A stretch of 64,000 nucleotides of DNA from Patescibacteria group bacterium (lineage in GTDB: Bacteria; Patescibacteriota; Microgenomatia; UBA1400; MFAQ01), in the NCBI GenBank assembly GCA_943355005.1, contig CALRDV010000004.1:7898-71897 (forward strand), written 5' to 3'. Positions 1-9,380 of the stretch are shown piece after piece. Under the pieces are notes generated by a model. The model was given only the letters and a program-made list of their open reading frames with translations, was not told the DNA's origin and did no database searches. Made by a program: the position numbers and the translations under genes. Every line of letters starts with the position of its first letter. Within the stretch, counting starts at the first letter, position 1.

Positions 1-665
1 CAGAAAAAGTTATTGCGTCCGGAGAGGTTAATCTTCCCTGTATTATTCATGCAGGAGGTGAAGTGTGGAATTTAGGTGGAGAAATGATTAAATCGTTTCC
101 CATTAATATTGAGACAAGAAAACTTCTTGCAAAACTCATACTGGAGAATAAGGACTCTATTGACCTGGCTAGATTTTATCCGGAAGGAGACAGAAAAGTT
201 TGGATTTATGTCGCTAACGATGAACTTGAAGAAAAGTTTAGCAAGCTATATCTGCCAACAAACTCTTTTGGAAAACTAACCAGATCAATAGACGAGTACC
301 TAGAGTGGTTTGTAAACACAAGCACCACCAACACTACCATTCGAACAAAAGAAAAGACAATACTACCTATTTCAAGTGAATTAGCAGATGCCGTGGAATT
401 CGACAACTCGGCAAAAAATGACTACTTTATCACCGCAAAGGGAGTCAAAAAGGTTACAACCTTACTATGGCTATGTGAATATTTAGGCTTGGATCCTAAG
501 GATGTGCTTACAGCCGGAGATAGCTTAGCAACCGACTCAGAAGTGTTTAAGCACACAATTGGTATCTCTGTCGGTCCGGAATTACTTCCACACGCTAAGA
601 TGAGTGCTCAGTCAATAGATGAGTTAGTAGTTTTGTTAGATAATATTTATAATGCTAATGACTAA
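1..665 (+). CDS. HAD-superfamily (Cof/IIB-like) hydrolase, 5' truncated by window edge
   Basis: Frame is open from position 3; C-terminal HAD motifs TAKGVKK and AGDSLATD. Confidence 0.75.
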   Translation, partial: EKVIASGEVNLPCIIHAGGEVWNLGGEMIKSFPINIETRKLLAKLILENKDSIDLARFYPEGDRKVWIYVANDELEEKFSKLYLPTNSFGKLTRSIDEYLEWFVNTSTTNTTIRTKEKTILPISSELADAVEFDNSAKNDYFITAKGVKKVTTLLWLCEYLGLDPKDVLTAGDSLATDSEVFKHTIGISVGPELLPHAKMSAQSIDELVVLLDNIYNAND

Positions 666-1581
666 AGGATTTGGTGTCTCATCTGTCCACACACTCTCTG
701 TAAATAAGGATGGTGATTATATTGACTTATACACAGGGGAGAATATGAATATTATTGCAAAGAAGTACAGCCTGATGAAATTTGGCAGTGTTGCTGAAAT
801 TAACGAGGCATCTGATGAGATTTATCGTCAATTCGTTAAAAACATTGAAGAGTACCTTCCTTTTTTAGAAGAAGTCAAAAAAAAAGGTGAGTATATCGCT
901 ATAGCCGCTCCTGGCTACAGAAATGTAGAGTCAGCCTCTAATGCCATTATAGATAAGGCAATTAAGAGAATTAACATAGTTCTTTCGATGAGAGAATTAC
1001 CTACCATAATAGTCGTAAAGCTTCCGAGACTTGAATCAAATAAGGCTAATTACGCTACTCTATCTTCAGATGAAAGACACTCTTTACCTCCATCAACAGA
1101 TCAAATCATGCCCGGTAGGGAGTTTTTTCAGTTCCCGATTCACTTTATTTTTGGGGATGATATTAAAATTACTGGTGCTACAGCGAATGGGGCCAAAAAA
1201 GCTACCGAGCATTTTGGAGGAAAATCTTTTTCTGAGATGTACTGGGTTGCTTTAGATCCCATGCTTACCTCGAAGTATCCAGGCATTGAGGATAAAATTA
1301 ACCAAGCCCATATAAAAGATGAATTAAATGAGGATATAAAATATATCCTTGATCAAAATGACTTCCAGCCCGTACAAAGACTTATTCGACTCATATTAAA
1401 CGAGAAGAATCGTCCCAGACTTGCCAGCTTCCTAGAGAAAGTGCCAGATAGTAGCCTTTCTAAGCTTTTCATTTCTGCTCATAACAACGACTATCCAAAG
1501 AATATACTTTATTCTGAGTCCGTTTCTATTCTCAATGGAGAGATGAAGGTCCGTGGTTTAATGTCTGAAGAAGTGATCTAG
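652..1581 (+). CDS. Phosphoribosyltransferase of the PRTase_2 (Ter stress-cluster) type
   Basis: PRPP-binding loop IFGDDIKITGAT, N-terminal YSLMKFG, YATLSSDER and P.IEDKIN segments; flanked by HAD genes. Confidence 0.7.
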   Translation: MLMTKGFGVSSVHTLSVNKDGDYIDLYTGENMNIIAKKYSLMKFGSVAEINEASDEIYRQFVKNIEEYLPFLEEVKKKGEYIAIAAPGYRNVESASNAIIDKAIKRINIVLSMRELPTIIVVKLPRLESNKANYATLSSDERHSLPPSTDQIMPGREFFQFPIHFIFGDDIKITGATANGAKKATEHFGGKSFSEMYWVALDPMLTSKYPGIEDKINQAHIKDELNEDIKYILDQNDFQPVQRLIRLILNEKNRPRLASFLEKVPDSSLSKLFISAHNNDYPKNILYSESVSILNGEMKVRGLMSEEVI

Positions 1582-1592
1582 AATCACTCAAA

Positions 1593-2315
1593 TTACCTTA
1601 CTAAATCTCTTATTAGTCCAATTCTTTCGGCTTCAATACCTTCCTTGGATGTAAGCTGAACTGCCTTTAAACCGGCAGACTTAGCTCCTAGATAATCGGC
1701 CTTGTAATTATCCCCTACATGTAAGATCATCGAACCATCTATGCCACTTTTCTCTACTAATGCCACAAAAATTAGTTTATTTGGTTTTGATACTCCAATT
1801 TCGTTGGAAAACAATTGAATACTGATAAATGGAAGAATACCAAGCTGTTCGAGAACTAGCCTCATTTGTCTACCACTGATAAAGCCTGTATTACTCATCA
1901 CAGCCATTTTTACACCCTTACTCTCAATGGCTGACAATGTTTTTAGAATGTCAGTTTCCAATATTGAAGGCAAATTTTGGACAATTAATAAATCTGCTAT
2001 TTCCTCAAATGCATTTACGTGTTCTTGTGTTAACTCAGGGAGTCTATGATCAATCGGTAAAGCCTCATAAACCTTTCGAACTCTTTCGGGGAGGCCAAAC
2101 TGTTCACCAGTAACATCCGATAATGCGTCAATCTCCTCATCTACCTTTTTCATCAGATCAGCAAAACCTTCCAAATTAACCGCCTCTGATCCTAAATGTT
2201 TACGCAGAGCTTCAGCTCTTGCTGTCTTATATGCAGGATTGCTAAGGAGTAATGTCTGCCAGATGTCAAAACTGACCAGTTTTATACCTTCTAGGTGGTT
2301 GACTTCTTTTTCCAT
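1593..2315 (-). CDS. HAD-superfamily hydrolase (IA)
   Basis: SFDIWQTLL motif I, MSNTGF, SKPN, HVGDNYKADYLGA; ATG at 2315 preferred to the ORF-track start at 2351. Confidence 0.85.
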   Translation of the reverse strand: MEKEVNHLEGIKLVSFDIWQTLLLSNPAYKTARAEALRKHLGSEAVNLEGFADLMKKVDEEIDALSDVTGEQFGLPERVRKVYEALPIDHRLPELTQEHVNAFEEIADLLIVQNLPSILETDILKTLSAIESKGVKMAVMSNTGFISGRQMRLVLEQLGILPFISIQLFSNEIGVSKPNKLIFVALVEKSGIDGSMILHVGDNYKADYLGAKSAGLKAVQLTSKEGIEAERIGLIRDLVR

Positions 2316-2385
2316 GAGCTCAAGTATACTACGAAAGAAGCGATTAGTCAAGTGTTATGGGTTATTTCGTGCCTGACTTATAGTG

Positions 2386-2414
2386 TTGACACAGGCATAA
2401 AACAGCCTTATAAT
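2386..2414 (+). promoter_or_regulatory. Consensus sigma70 promoter for the P-type ATPase
   Basis: TTGACA (2386-2391), 17 bp spacer, TATAAT (2409-2414). Confidence 0.8.
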
Positions 2415-2551
2415 ATCGAATGAGTTAAATCTCGTGTCCTTTGACAAGCCTGACCTAAGCACAAAGCCGATCTTTTTGGCCGGTTTTGTGCTTAGGTCGG
2501 AAATGATCCTAAATTGACCACAGCAAAATCTGACTGATAGGAGTGTGAAAC

Positions 2552-5311
2552 ATGGCAGACTTGCCAAAAGGGCCAAATCAGCCCTCAATTAAACAGCCTT
2601 GGGCTCAAACCCCACACAGTGTTTTTAAACAACTGGATTCGAATCCAGCAGGTTTAAGCACTAAAGAGGCTGAACTTCGTCTGACCCAGTATGGGCAAAA
2701 CGCCTTACCTGAGAATGACGAAAAGACTACCTGGTGGGGTACCGTGAAAGAGACATTCGCTGAGAAGCTTCCGTTGATGCTTTTGGTATCGGCGATCATT
2801 TCAGCGATCCTCGGATTGTTAATGAAAGAACCTGATCGATTCAAGGACTTCATGTCTCTGTCCGTAATTCTCCTGTCTATGGCTATTGCCAACTACTTAA
2901 TGGGCAAAAACACAGACAAAGGCCTGGCTTCGCTCAAAAAGACATTGCAGAAAGCTATCAGGGTATATCGTGACGGCATAATCATCAAGTTACCTGTAAC
3001 ACAACTTGTTGTTGGTGACGTCATCTTTCTTTCTGAAGGTGATCTGATTCCTGCAGATGGCCGCATTATCGAAGCCACAAACGCGTCTGTAAATGAAGCC
3101 GTTTTGACTGGTGAGTCCGATGCTGTTGACAAAAGCGTTGTCCAGATCTCACACGAAGCCGAGCTTGCACGCAGATCGAATATGATCTTCATGAATACGT
3201 TTGTGAGTTCAGGAACGATCGTGGCTGTATTAACTGCCACAGCTCTTCAAACGGAAATGGGCAAAATCGCGACTGAAATCGAGAAAGCTGAAGAAACCAA
3301 GACTCCGCTGCAAAAACAGTTGGACGTACTTGGAATTGTTCTGTTGAATGCCACGCTCGTTGTCTGTGCTCTCGTTGCCGCGTTTTTCTTGTGGCGGGCT
3401 TACCCAATCTTTGTGGCAACCTACCAATACATCCAGGCCCATGGTCTGGCTGCATCAGGTGCCCAGATTGCTGAAAGCCTCACTGTTATTGCCGACATCT
3501 TCACTGTATCGGTTTCACTTGCCATTGCCTTCATCCCCGAAGCTTTGAGCGCAGTAATCATTCTTGCTCTGGCTATCGGCGTTGCTGAAATGGTAAAAGA
3601 AGGTGCAATTGTCAAAAACCCGAAAGGTGCCGAAGCGCTTGGTTCCGTCACGATTTTCAACTCTGACAAAACCGGTACTTTAACCAAGGGTGAAATGGCC
3701 ATCGTGTCTTTCTGGACTCCTAAAAATGGTGACGTAAGTGCCGAGACTGTCCTAAACGGTAACGGCCAGTTTGCTGCCATGAAAGAAGTCATGGCATTCT
3801 GTAACGATTTACACGATGCGACTGAACGTGCTCTGGCAGAATTTGTGGCTAGTGCTGGTTTCATAATCGGTGAAGCCACAATTAAAGATCGCAAACTGAC
3901 AATTCCTTTTACTTCTACTCGTAAACGCATGTCAGTAATCTTCGGAAACGGAACCCTGAAAATGTTAACCAAGGGTGCTCCTGAAGTTGTCTTGGAACTG
4001 TGTAGCGATCTACAGGGTGAAAGCCTTGAATCCATACAATTCATTGTAGACAGTCTGTCAGACGAGGGATATCGTGTATTGGCTTTGGCGGAACGAAATG
4101 CCGAAAGCGTGTCAGATGTCAGCGAAAGCGGTTTGACATTCCTTGGCTTGGTTGCCTTGATGGACCCACCTCGCCCTGAAGTGGTTGAAACCATTGCAAC
4201 GATCAAGATTGCCGGGGTTACCCCAGTGATGATCACAGGTGACAATGGAAGAACCGCTCAAACGATCGCCCGTCAGGTCGGTATACTTGACTCCGACAGC
4301 AAGGAAGATCAATTGATGTCTGGTCAGCAGCTAAACTCTGCGATCGGAAATCGTGCTTTTGAAAAAGTCGAAGATATCAAGAAAATGGTCAGCGCGAAAG
4401 TGCTCGAGCAAATCGCCAATGTCAGAGTTTTCTATCGCGTCTCACCGACCGACAAGAAAATTATCGTCATGTGCCAGCAAGCGCTCGGCAACATTGTCGC
4501 CATGACTGGTGATGGTGTCAATGACGCTCCTGCTTTAAAACAGGCGGATATCGGCGTTGCCATGGGCGACCGCGCTACTGAAGTCACAAAAGATGTCTCA
4601 GACATGATCCTGACCAAGGGTTATGCTGCCATCGCTCCTGCTATTCGCGTCGGCCGGACAATATTGATGCGAACCCGCCTCTACACTCACGCTCTTTTGA
4701 GCACAAATATGAGTGAGGTTGGTATTTTCATCTACGCCGCAGTCGTTGGTTGGTTGCCACCTTTGACATCTGTAATGCTTCTGGTAATCAACTTCCTTGG
4801 TGATGGTTGGCTCTCAATTGCTCTAGCCACAGAACCCTCGGAAAAAGACGTGATGACCCAAAAGCCTCGCCCCAGCACCGAAGCCGTAATTACGCCTTAC
4901 ATGTGGACCAGTATCGCCCTTCAAGGCGTTTTGGTTACCATTATCTTGGCGTACGTATTCAATTTTGCTGGAGTCTATGCCAACAACTTAGGCTTGGAAG
5001 GTACTAACGCGCTCAAGTTCCAACAGAGTCTGACCTTTGCCGCTTTCTTGGTCCAGAAAGTCGCCCGCTCAAGCTTTACCGCCCGTTCCCTCAAGTACAA
5101 TATTTGGGAATTTGGCTTCTTCACGAACAAATGGACACTGTTGGCAGGATTTACGACCGCCGTGATGGGTATCAGTTTCTTGGAAATCGGACCTTTGTCC
5201 AACTTCCTTGGAATGGTTTCTATTCCTGCAGGATTATGGCCGATGATATTAGGTCTCGGCATGATTCCGCCAGTCCTCGAAGAGGTGGTCAAGTTCGTTC
5301 GCCGGAAATAG
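2552..5311 (+). CDS. P-type cation-transporting ATPase (type II, Ca2+/Mn2+/Mg2+-like)
   Basis: TGES, PEAL, DKTGTLT, KGAPE, MDPPR and TGDGVNDAPAL motifs; AGGAG RBS. Confidence 0.95.
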   Translation: MADLPKGPNQPSIKQPWAQTPHSVFKQLDSNPAGLSTKEAELRLTQYGQNALPENDEKTTWWGTVKETFAEKLPLMLLVSAIISAILGLLMKEPDRFKDFMSLSVILLSMAIANYLMGKNTDKGLASLKKTLQKAIRVYRDGIIIKLPVTQLVVGDVIFLSEGDLIPADGRIIEATNASVNEAVLTGESDAVDKSVVQISHEAELARRSNMIFMNTFVSSGTIVAVLTATALQTEMGKIATEIEKAEETKTPLQKQLDVLGIVLLNATLVVCALVAAFFLWRAYPIFVATYQYIQAHGLAASGAQIAESLTVIADIFTVSVSLAIAFIPEALSAVIILALAIGVAEMVKEGAIVKNPKGAEALGSVTIFNSDKTGTLTKGEMAIVSFWTPKNGDVSAETVLNGNGQFAAMKEVMAFCNDLHDATERALAEFVASAGFIIGEATIKDRKLTIPFTSTRKRMSVIFGNGTLKMLTKGAPEVVLELCSDLQGESLESIQFIVDSLSDEGYRVLALAERNAESVSDVSESGLTFLGLVALMDPPRPEVVETIATIKIAGVTPVMITGDNGRTAQTIARQVGILDSDSKEDQLMSGQQLNSAIGNRAFEKVEDIKKMVSAKVLEQIANVRVFYRVSPTDKKIIVMCQQALGNIVAMTGDGVNDAPALKQADIGVAMGDRATEVTKDVSDMILTKGYAAIAPAIRVGRTILMRTRLYTHALLSTNMSEVGIFIYAAVVGWLPPLTSVMLLVINFLGDGWLSIALATEPSEKDVMTQKPRPSTEAVITPYMWTSIALQGVLVTIILAYVFNFAGVYANNLGLEGTNALKFQQSLTFAAFLVQKVARSSFTARSLKYNIWEFGFFTNKWTLLAGFTTAVMGISFLEIGPLSNFLGMVSIPAGLWPMILGLGMIPPVLEEVVKFVRRK

Positions 5312-5319
5312 TTTCACTT

Positions 5320-5351
5320 AGCCCTGTGTGTTTATCACACAGGGCTTTTTT
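5320..5351 (+). terminator. Rho-independent terminator
   Basis: AGCCCTGTGTG / CACACAGGGCT stem followed by a T-run. Confidence 0.85.
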
Positions 5352-5356
5352 GTGGC

Positions 5357-5827
5357 TTAACGGACCTTGAAGGCGTGGGTGAGAGCGATAGCAACTGCGT
5401 CGGCGGCGTCGTCCGGCTTAATTTTCTCTTTGAGATGAAGAATTTTTCCGACCATGAACTCGACTTGAGTTTTGTCCGCCTTACCATAACCGGTCAAAGA
5501 CGATTTGACCTGTAAAGGAGTGTACTGAAAAGTCGGAATTTTGGCTTGAGCACCTTCCAAGAGGATGACACCTCTGGCCGCAGCAACATCAATGGCTGTT
5601 TTAGCGTTTTTTTCAAAAAAAAGTGTCTCTACACTTAACACGTCAGGTTTGTGCATCTTTATCAATTCTTTGAGAAAATCGCTGATTTTCAGCAATCTAT
5701 CCGGTAAATCTGAGTTTGCCCTGGTTTCGAAACAACCACAGTCCACAAAAGTATCAATTCCCTTCTCGTGGCTAACAATCCCCCATCCTAATCTGCCAGT
5801 TCCTGGATCTATGCCTAATATCTTCAT
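5357..5827 (-). CDS. ruvC: Holliday junction resolvase RuvC
   Basis: ILGIDPG, E.LFF, YTPLQVK, GYGKADK.QV, DDAADAVAIA. Confidence 0.97.
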   Translation of the reverse strand: MKILGIDPGTGRLGWGIVSHEKGIDTFVDCGCFETRANSDLPDRLLKISDFLKELIKMHKPDVLSVETLFFEKNAKTAIDVAAARGVILLEGAQAKIPTFQYTPLQVKSSLTGYGKADKTQVEFMVGKILHLKEKIKPDDAADAVAIALTHAFKVR

Positions 5828-5909
5828 AACACCATTCTACACAAACAAAATTGATTTAGAGTTTTATTTTGAACCTATTAAATGATAAAATAAGCGTGTT
5901 GGTTTTTTT

Positions 5910-5983
5910 GGGTCAGTAGCTCAGTCGGTTAGAGCACCTGCCTTTTAAGCAGGGTGTCGTGGGTTCGAGTCCCACCTGACCCA
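5910..5983 (+). tRNA. tRNA-Lys (UUU)
   Basis: GGGTCAG/CTGACCC acceptor stem, anticodon arm CCTGC-CTTTTAA-GCAGG, GGTTCGAGTCC T-arm. Confidence 0.95.
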
Positions 5984-6032
5984 CTATTCCATGTACTATG
6001 GCCTTGTGCCAAAGTACATGAAATAATAGTAA

Positions 6033-6118
6033 GTGAGGACTCGAACGGGCACAGTCACGACGGTGACGAGCCAGGTCCGAACAAAACTTGACCAGATGTT
6101 TATGTGAGGCGAGTCCCA
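6033..6118 (+). repeat. tRNA-associated structured element, copy A
   Basis: GGACTCG...CGAGTCC outer stem; GGC-hairpin-GAGCC-AGGTCC core shared with the other copies. Confidence 0.7.
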
Positions 6119-6138
6119 AGTTTTTAAATTAACATGTT

Positions 6139-6211
6139 GGCCCCGTCGTCTAGTGGTTAGGACGTCAGGTTTTCATCCTGAATATCGCGGGTTCGAGTCC
6201 CGCCGGGGTCA
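6139..6211 (+). tRNA. tRNA-Glu (UUC)
   Basis: GGCCCCG/CGGGGTC acceptor stem, anticodon arm TCAGG-TTTTCAT-CCTGA. Confidence 0.95.
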
Positions 6212-6215
6212 CAAT

Positions 6216-6246
6216 AAAAAGAAGCTGGCTAGTCCAGCTTTTTTTA
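6216..6246 (+). terminator. Terminator after tRNA-Glu
   Basis: AAGCTGG-CTAGT-CCAGCTT with A and T runs. Confidence 0.8.
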
Positions 6247-6256
6247 TTGTAAATTT

Positions 6257-6371
6257 GCGGAAGTCGAACAAGGCGTAGCTGATCTTGTAACAAGCTCAGC
6301 GAGCCCGGTCCTGAGGCGAATGAAATTCGACCGAAGGCGACTCCCGCCGCTATATCCCGCCGGGGTCACAA
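6257..6371 (+). repeat. tRNA-associated structured element, copy B, plus 17 bp duplicate of the tRNA-Glu 3' end
   Basis: GCGGAAGTCG...CGACTCCCGC outer stem; TCCCGCCGGGGTCACAA at both 6198-6214 and 6355-6371. Confidence 0.75.
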
Positions 6372-6414
6372 ATTGAAAAGATCGGCATTGAATACCGAGT
6401 GTTACAATACTCAA

Positions 6415-7041
6415 ATGACCGAAATTGATAATAAATTTTCTTCGTTTAGAGAAAGATGGAATGGTAGAGCATCCACATGGGACACAGAGATATTAATGCC
6501 TGAACATTACGCCAATTTTGAGGAAGGATATCGGAAATTCCTTGATTTTGAAATAGTTGTTTTAGATGCTTTTCCAAAAGCACTGGTAGGAATTGATCTT
6601 GGTTGTGGTACAGGAATAGCAGCAGAACCTTTGTCAAAAAAGGTCGAGCAATTATTTCTATTGGATGTTGCTGAACAAATGCTTAAAGAGGCAAAGAAAA
6701 AATATCCTAACGCTGATATTTTCCATGAATCAGCGACGGCGATTCCGCTTGATGATAATTCGGTTGATGTGGCCGTTAGCCGTGGGGTGTTGATTTCGCA
6801 CTTACCTCAAGGAGAGTACAAAAACTTTTTAAGTGAAGTTCATCGAATTCTTAGGCCTGGAGGATTGTTTGTTTTTGATTTCCTTAATAATCTTGAAACT
6901 GCCGATTTTCACCTATCATCTGAAAAAACAGTATTTACCAGACAAGGTATCTCTGAAGAACTTAAGGAACATGGTTTTGGTGACTTGGTGTTTGATGGCC
7001 TAGATACAAATAGAGTATTGAGGGTGGCAACTGTTAAATAA
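6415..7041 (+). CDS. Class I SAM-dependent methyltransferase
   Basis: IDLGCGTG motif I, LPLDDNSVD-like segment, RILRPGG; ATG 6415 lies 6 nt after TACAAT. Confidence 0.9.
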   Translation: MTEIDNKFSSFRERWNGRASTWDTEILMPEHYANFEEGYRKFLDFEIVVLDAFPKALVGIDLGCGTGIAAEPLSKKVEQLFLLDVAEQMLKEAKKKYPNADIFHESATAIPLDDNSVDVAVSRGVLISHLPQGEYKNFLSEVHRILRPGGLFVFDFLNNLETADFHLSSEKTVFTRQGISEELKEHGFGDLVFDGLDTNRVLRVATVK

Positions 7042-7117
7042 CTCCGAACATTTTTTATATATCGCAGATAAAATAGTCACGGATTGGTTCAGGTTTTGTA
7101 TACTTGGGGTCACAGTG

Positions 7118-7150
7118 AAAAATCCTTCGCTTGTCGAGGGATTTTTTATT
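7118..7150 (+). terminator. Terminator preceded by a 9 bp tRNA-Glu 3'-end remnant (GGGGTCACA, 7106-7114)
   Basis: AATCCTTCG-CTTGT-CGAGGGATT plus T-run. Confidence 0.75.
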
Positions 7151-7174
7151 GTCATGAGAGGATGGTAGTTCTGG

Positions 7175-8437
7175 TTAGGGTACTCTTTCTACTTTAAATT
7201 GATTTAGAGTCGCTGTGAGAATTCCTTGTCTCTCGAGAAGCAACTTTCTGAGATCTGCTTCGGTGGCTTTCTCGTCGACTTCTTTTAGCTTTACAAATTC
7301 GTATTTTGTTTCTGGGTTTTTCAAGGCATCCTCAGCAGCGGCAAGTGCCTCCTTCAGAACCTGTTCTATCGCCCCTTGAACTTTTTTAATTAAGTCCGGA
7401 TGAACTTTAATCCCCCACCCGGACTGGAGTTCGGTGAAGGTCTGTACTAGCCCAGCTACTCCATTTAGACCCCATTCAGGACGTAGGACCTTACCCCGAG
7501 ACCAGTTATCCTTTTTGTCTCCTCCGATTATTTGGATGGGTAGCTGGATATGTCTGCGGAAGAGGTCTACAAATCTATCTTGAAAGGCTTTATCGCTTTT
7601 TTCATCGTCCTTTATGCAAAGCTCCCCTTGCTCGTTGAAGCCAATGGAGTTTCCAAAAATATCTTCAAAATGAAAGATCATCCTGGCTCTTTCTACCGCT
7701 TTGTTTAAATTTTCTGGTTTGTCAGGTTCAAATTTTTCTTTAAGAGAATTGTGCTGTTCGGAAAAGGCTTTTTCACGCCAGATATCTTCGTGAAAGCCGG
7801 AAAGGCCGATAATGAACCGAACATCCTCTGCACTAAAAATTACTGTTTCTTTGTTTGAGGCAACGAAGCTTTTGCCTAAGAGGTGTTTGCCAATTATTTT
7901 TCTATAAATCACTTCATGATCAGAATCGATTTGGGCGTTCATGCTTCCCAAGAGTTTGGGAAGGTCGTGTGTGCTTCCGCTAAACTCCATTAACAATAAT
8001 TGCCTCTCGGTAAGAAGCTGGCCACGCTCGTGACTATTGAGATACTTAGATAGTCCGGAGGAAATAGATGTCACCGTCTGATTTACCTCGTCGAGGTGCT
8101 GGAATAGTTCGCCGGGCTTATATAGACCTTTCAAAAAAACTAAGTTAGCATTTTTAGATTCTAGGGCAATACCTAGAAAAAGAGCTTTAAGTCTCAAATC
8201 GTAACGATCAAATGATTCTTCTTTATCCAAAACCTCTAGCCCCCTCTCAAGGAGTCCAATATTAATTGCCATTTGCTCCCTGGCTTCGAAATTTTCTTTT
8301 ATGGAAATTAGCTTATCTATTCTCGTGGTAGGAGAATCTTCTGGGGAGTAGAAAATGCCATTTAAATAATCTGACTCTTTGAAGCCCAGAAATCTCGTTT
8401 CGTTCGGAATTAATTTTTCTCCATATTCAAAAGTCAT
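7175..8437 (-). CDS. Hypothetical protein, possible HD-domain phosphohydrolase
   Basis: 420 aa ORF with H...HD...H...HED spacing (FQH, THDLPK, DHE, FHED). Confidence 0.5.
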   Translation of the reverse strand: MTFEYGEKLIPNETRFLGFKESDYLNGIFYSPEDSPTTRIDKLISIKENFEAREQMAINIGLLERGLEVLDKEESFDRYDLRLKALFLGIALESKNANLVFLKGLYKPGELFQHLDEVNQTVTSISSGLSKYLNSHERGQLLTERQLLLMEFSGSTHDLPKLLGSMNAQIDSDHEVIYRKIIGKHLLGKSFVASNKETVIFSAEDVRFIIGLSGFHEDIWREKAFSEQHNSLKEKFEPDKPENLNKAVERARMIFHFEDIFGNSIGFNEQGELCIKDDEKSDKAFQDRFVDLFRRHIQLPIQIIGGDKKDNWSRGKVLRPEWGLNGVAGLVQTFTELQSGWGIKVHPDLIKKVQGAIEQVLKEALAAAEDALKNPETKYEFVKLKEVDEKATEADLRKLLLERQGILTATLNQFKVERVP

Positions 8438-8482
8438 ATATCAAAGGAAATTTTATCACCTACAGACCCAAGCTCCACTTAC

Positions 8483-8510
8483 AAAAACCTCCCCGAAAGG
8501 GGAGGTTTTG
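8483..8510. terminator. Rho-independent terminator
   Basis: AAAACCTCCCC-GAAA-GGGGAGGTTTT. Confidence 0.85.
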
Positions 8511-8547
8511 AGAGCTTAAAACTTGAATATTATTCTTGATCGATAAG

Positions 8548-9255
8548 TTACTTAAAATTCTCCCGATATATTTGATCAGAAACATATGACATACAGCACC
8601 TAACACGTATCTTTTCTAAGTGTATCCAATCAAATCCTCCAGTTTTGACTAAACCGTAATCAGCTGGAAAATTATTAGGACAGCCATCTTTTTTGTTTAT
8701 GGCCTTAACCGAGTACCCATCTTCTATTTTCAAACCAAGTGCATTTAGGCATGCCGTATGAGGAGGAATTGCTTTCTTGTTAATTGTTTTAACCGGGGCG
8801 GCTGAAGGATTTCCCCCACCAAAATTAGCTTGAGTGGTTGGAGTGGGGGTGGAGTTATTTGTGGGAATAGAGGTGGGAACCGCCAATTGAGTGTTCGAGG
8901 TGGGTCTTGCTGTGGGAGCAGTGGAAACTACAGAAGCAGGATTGTAAGTAGTTCCTGTTGGGTTGGCTGCGGGCTTGGATGTGACGTTTGTTTTTGGTGC
9001 TGGTGCTGCAGTTGGTTTATATGGAGTTGGTGACTTCGTGGGGGCAGGTGTTGTTCTGGTGGTATATGGATCTGATTGAACCATTGCATATCTGTTGGTT
9101 CCGAGAACATTGCCACGGGCTTTAGCGGAGTAGCTAAGTCCGGAGCCGACGACTGCCATCAGGAGGGCGAACATTCCCAGCTGTCTAGCGAGAGGTGAGA
9201 AAGGTGAACCTTTAGTAAATCTCTTGTTTGAGCGGGCAGCCGTGGGTTTCTTCAT
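8548..9255 (-). CDS. Membrane-anchored Pro/Thr-rich protein with small Cys-containing C-terminal domain
   Basis: N-terminal TM segment, long PT/PA linker, four C-terminal Cys; start at MKKPT preferred. Confidence 0.65.
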   Translation of the reverse strand: MKKPTAARSNKRFTKGSPFSPLARQLGMFALLMAVVGSGLSYSAKARGNVLGTNRYAMVQSDPYTTRTTPAPTKSPTPYKPTAAPAPKTNVTSKPAANPTGTTYNPASVVSTAPTARPTSNTQLAVPTSIPTNNSTPTPTTQANFGGGNPSAAPVKTINKKAIPPHTACLNALGLKIEDGYSVKAINKKDGCPNNFPADYGLVKTGGFDWIHLEKIRVRCCMSYVSDQIYRENFK

Positions 9256-9380
9256 ATTTTTTGGTTGTAATTTAATAATATGAAATATCAAGCGTACTGT
9301 CAAATTGTATTTATCACGACCTCACCATCCTAATATTTAGAAAAATTTTTACAACTACTCGATATTTTTATGAAAAGTGT

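Noticed and set aside
2415-2551. yybP-ykoY or M-box riboswitch
   Set aside because: Conserved sequence motifs not found; kept only as an unassigned leader.
5984-6118. Theta/HDV-like or hammerhead ribozyme after tRNAs
   Set aside because: The elements are separated from the tRNA by a terminator-like hairpin, and I could not find the nested pseudoknot or the CUGANGA/GAAA cores by eye.
5913-6119. 68 aa minus-strand ORF
   Set aside because: Antisense to tRNA-Lys and element A; spurious.
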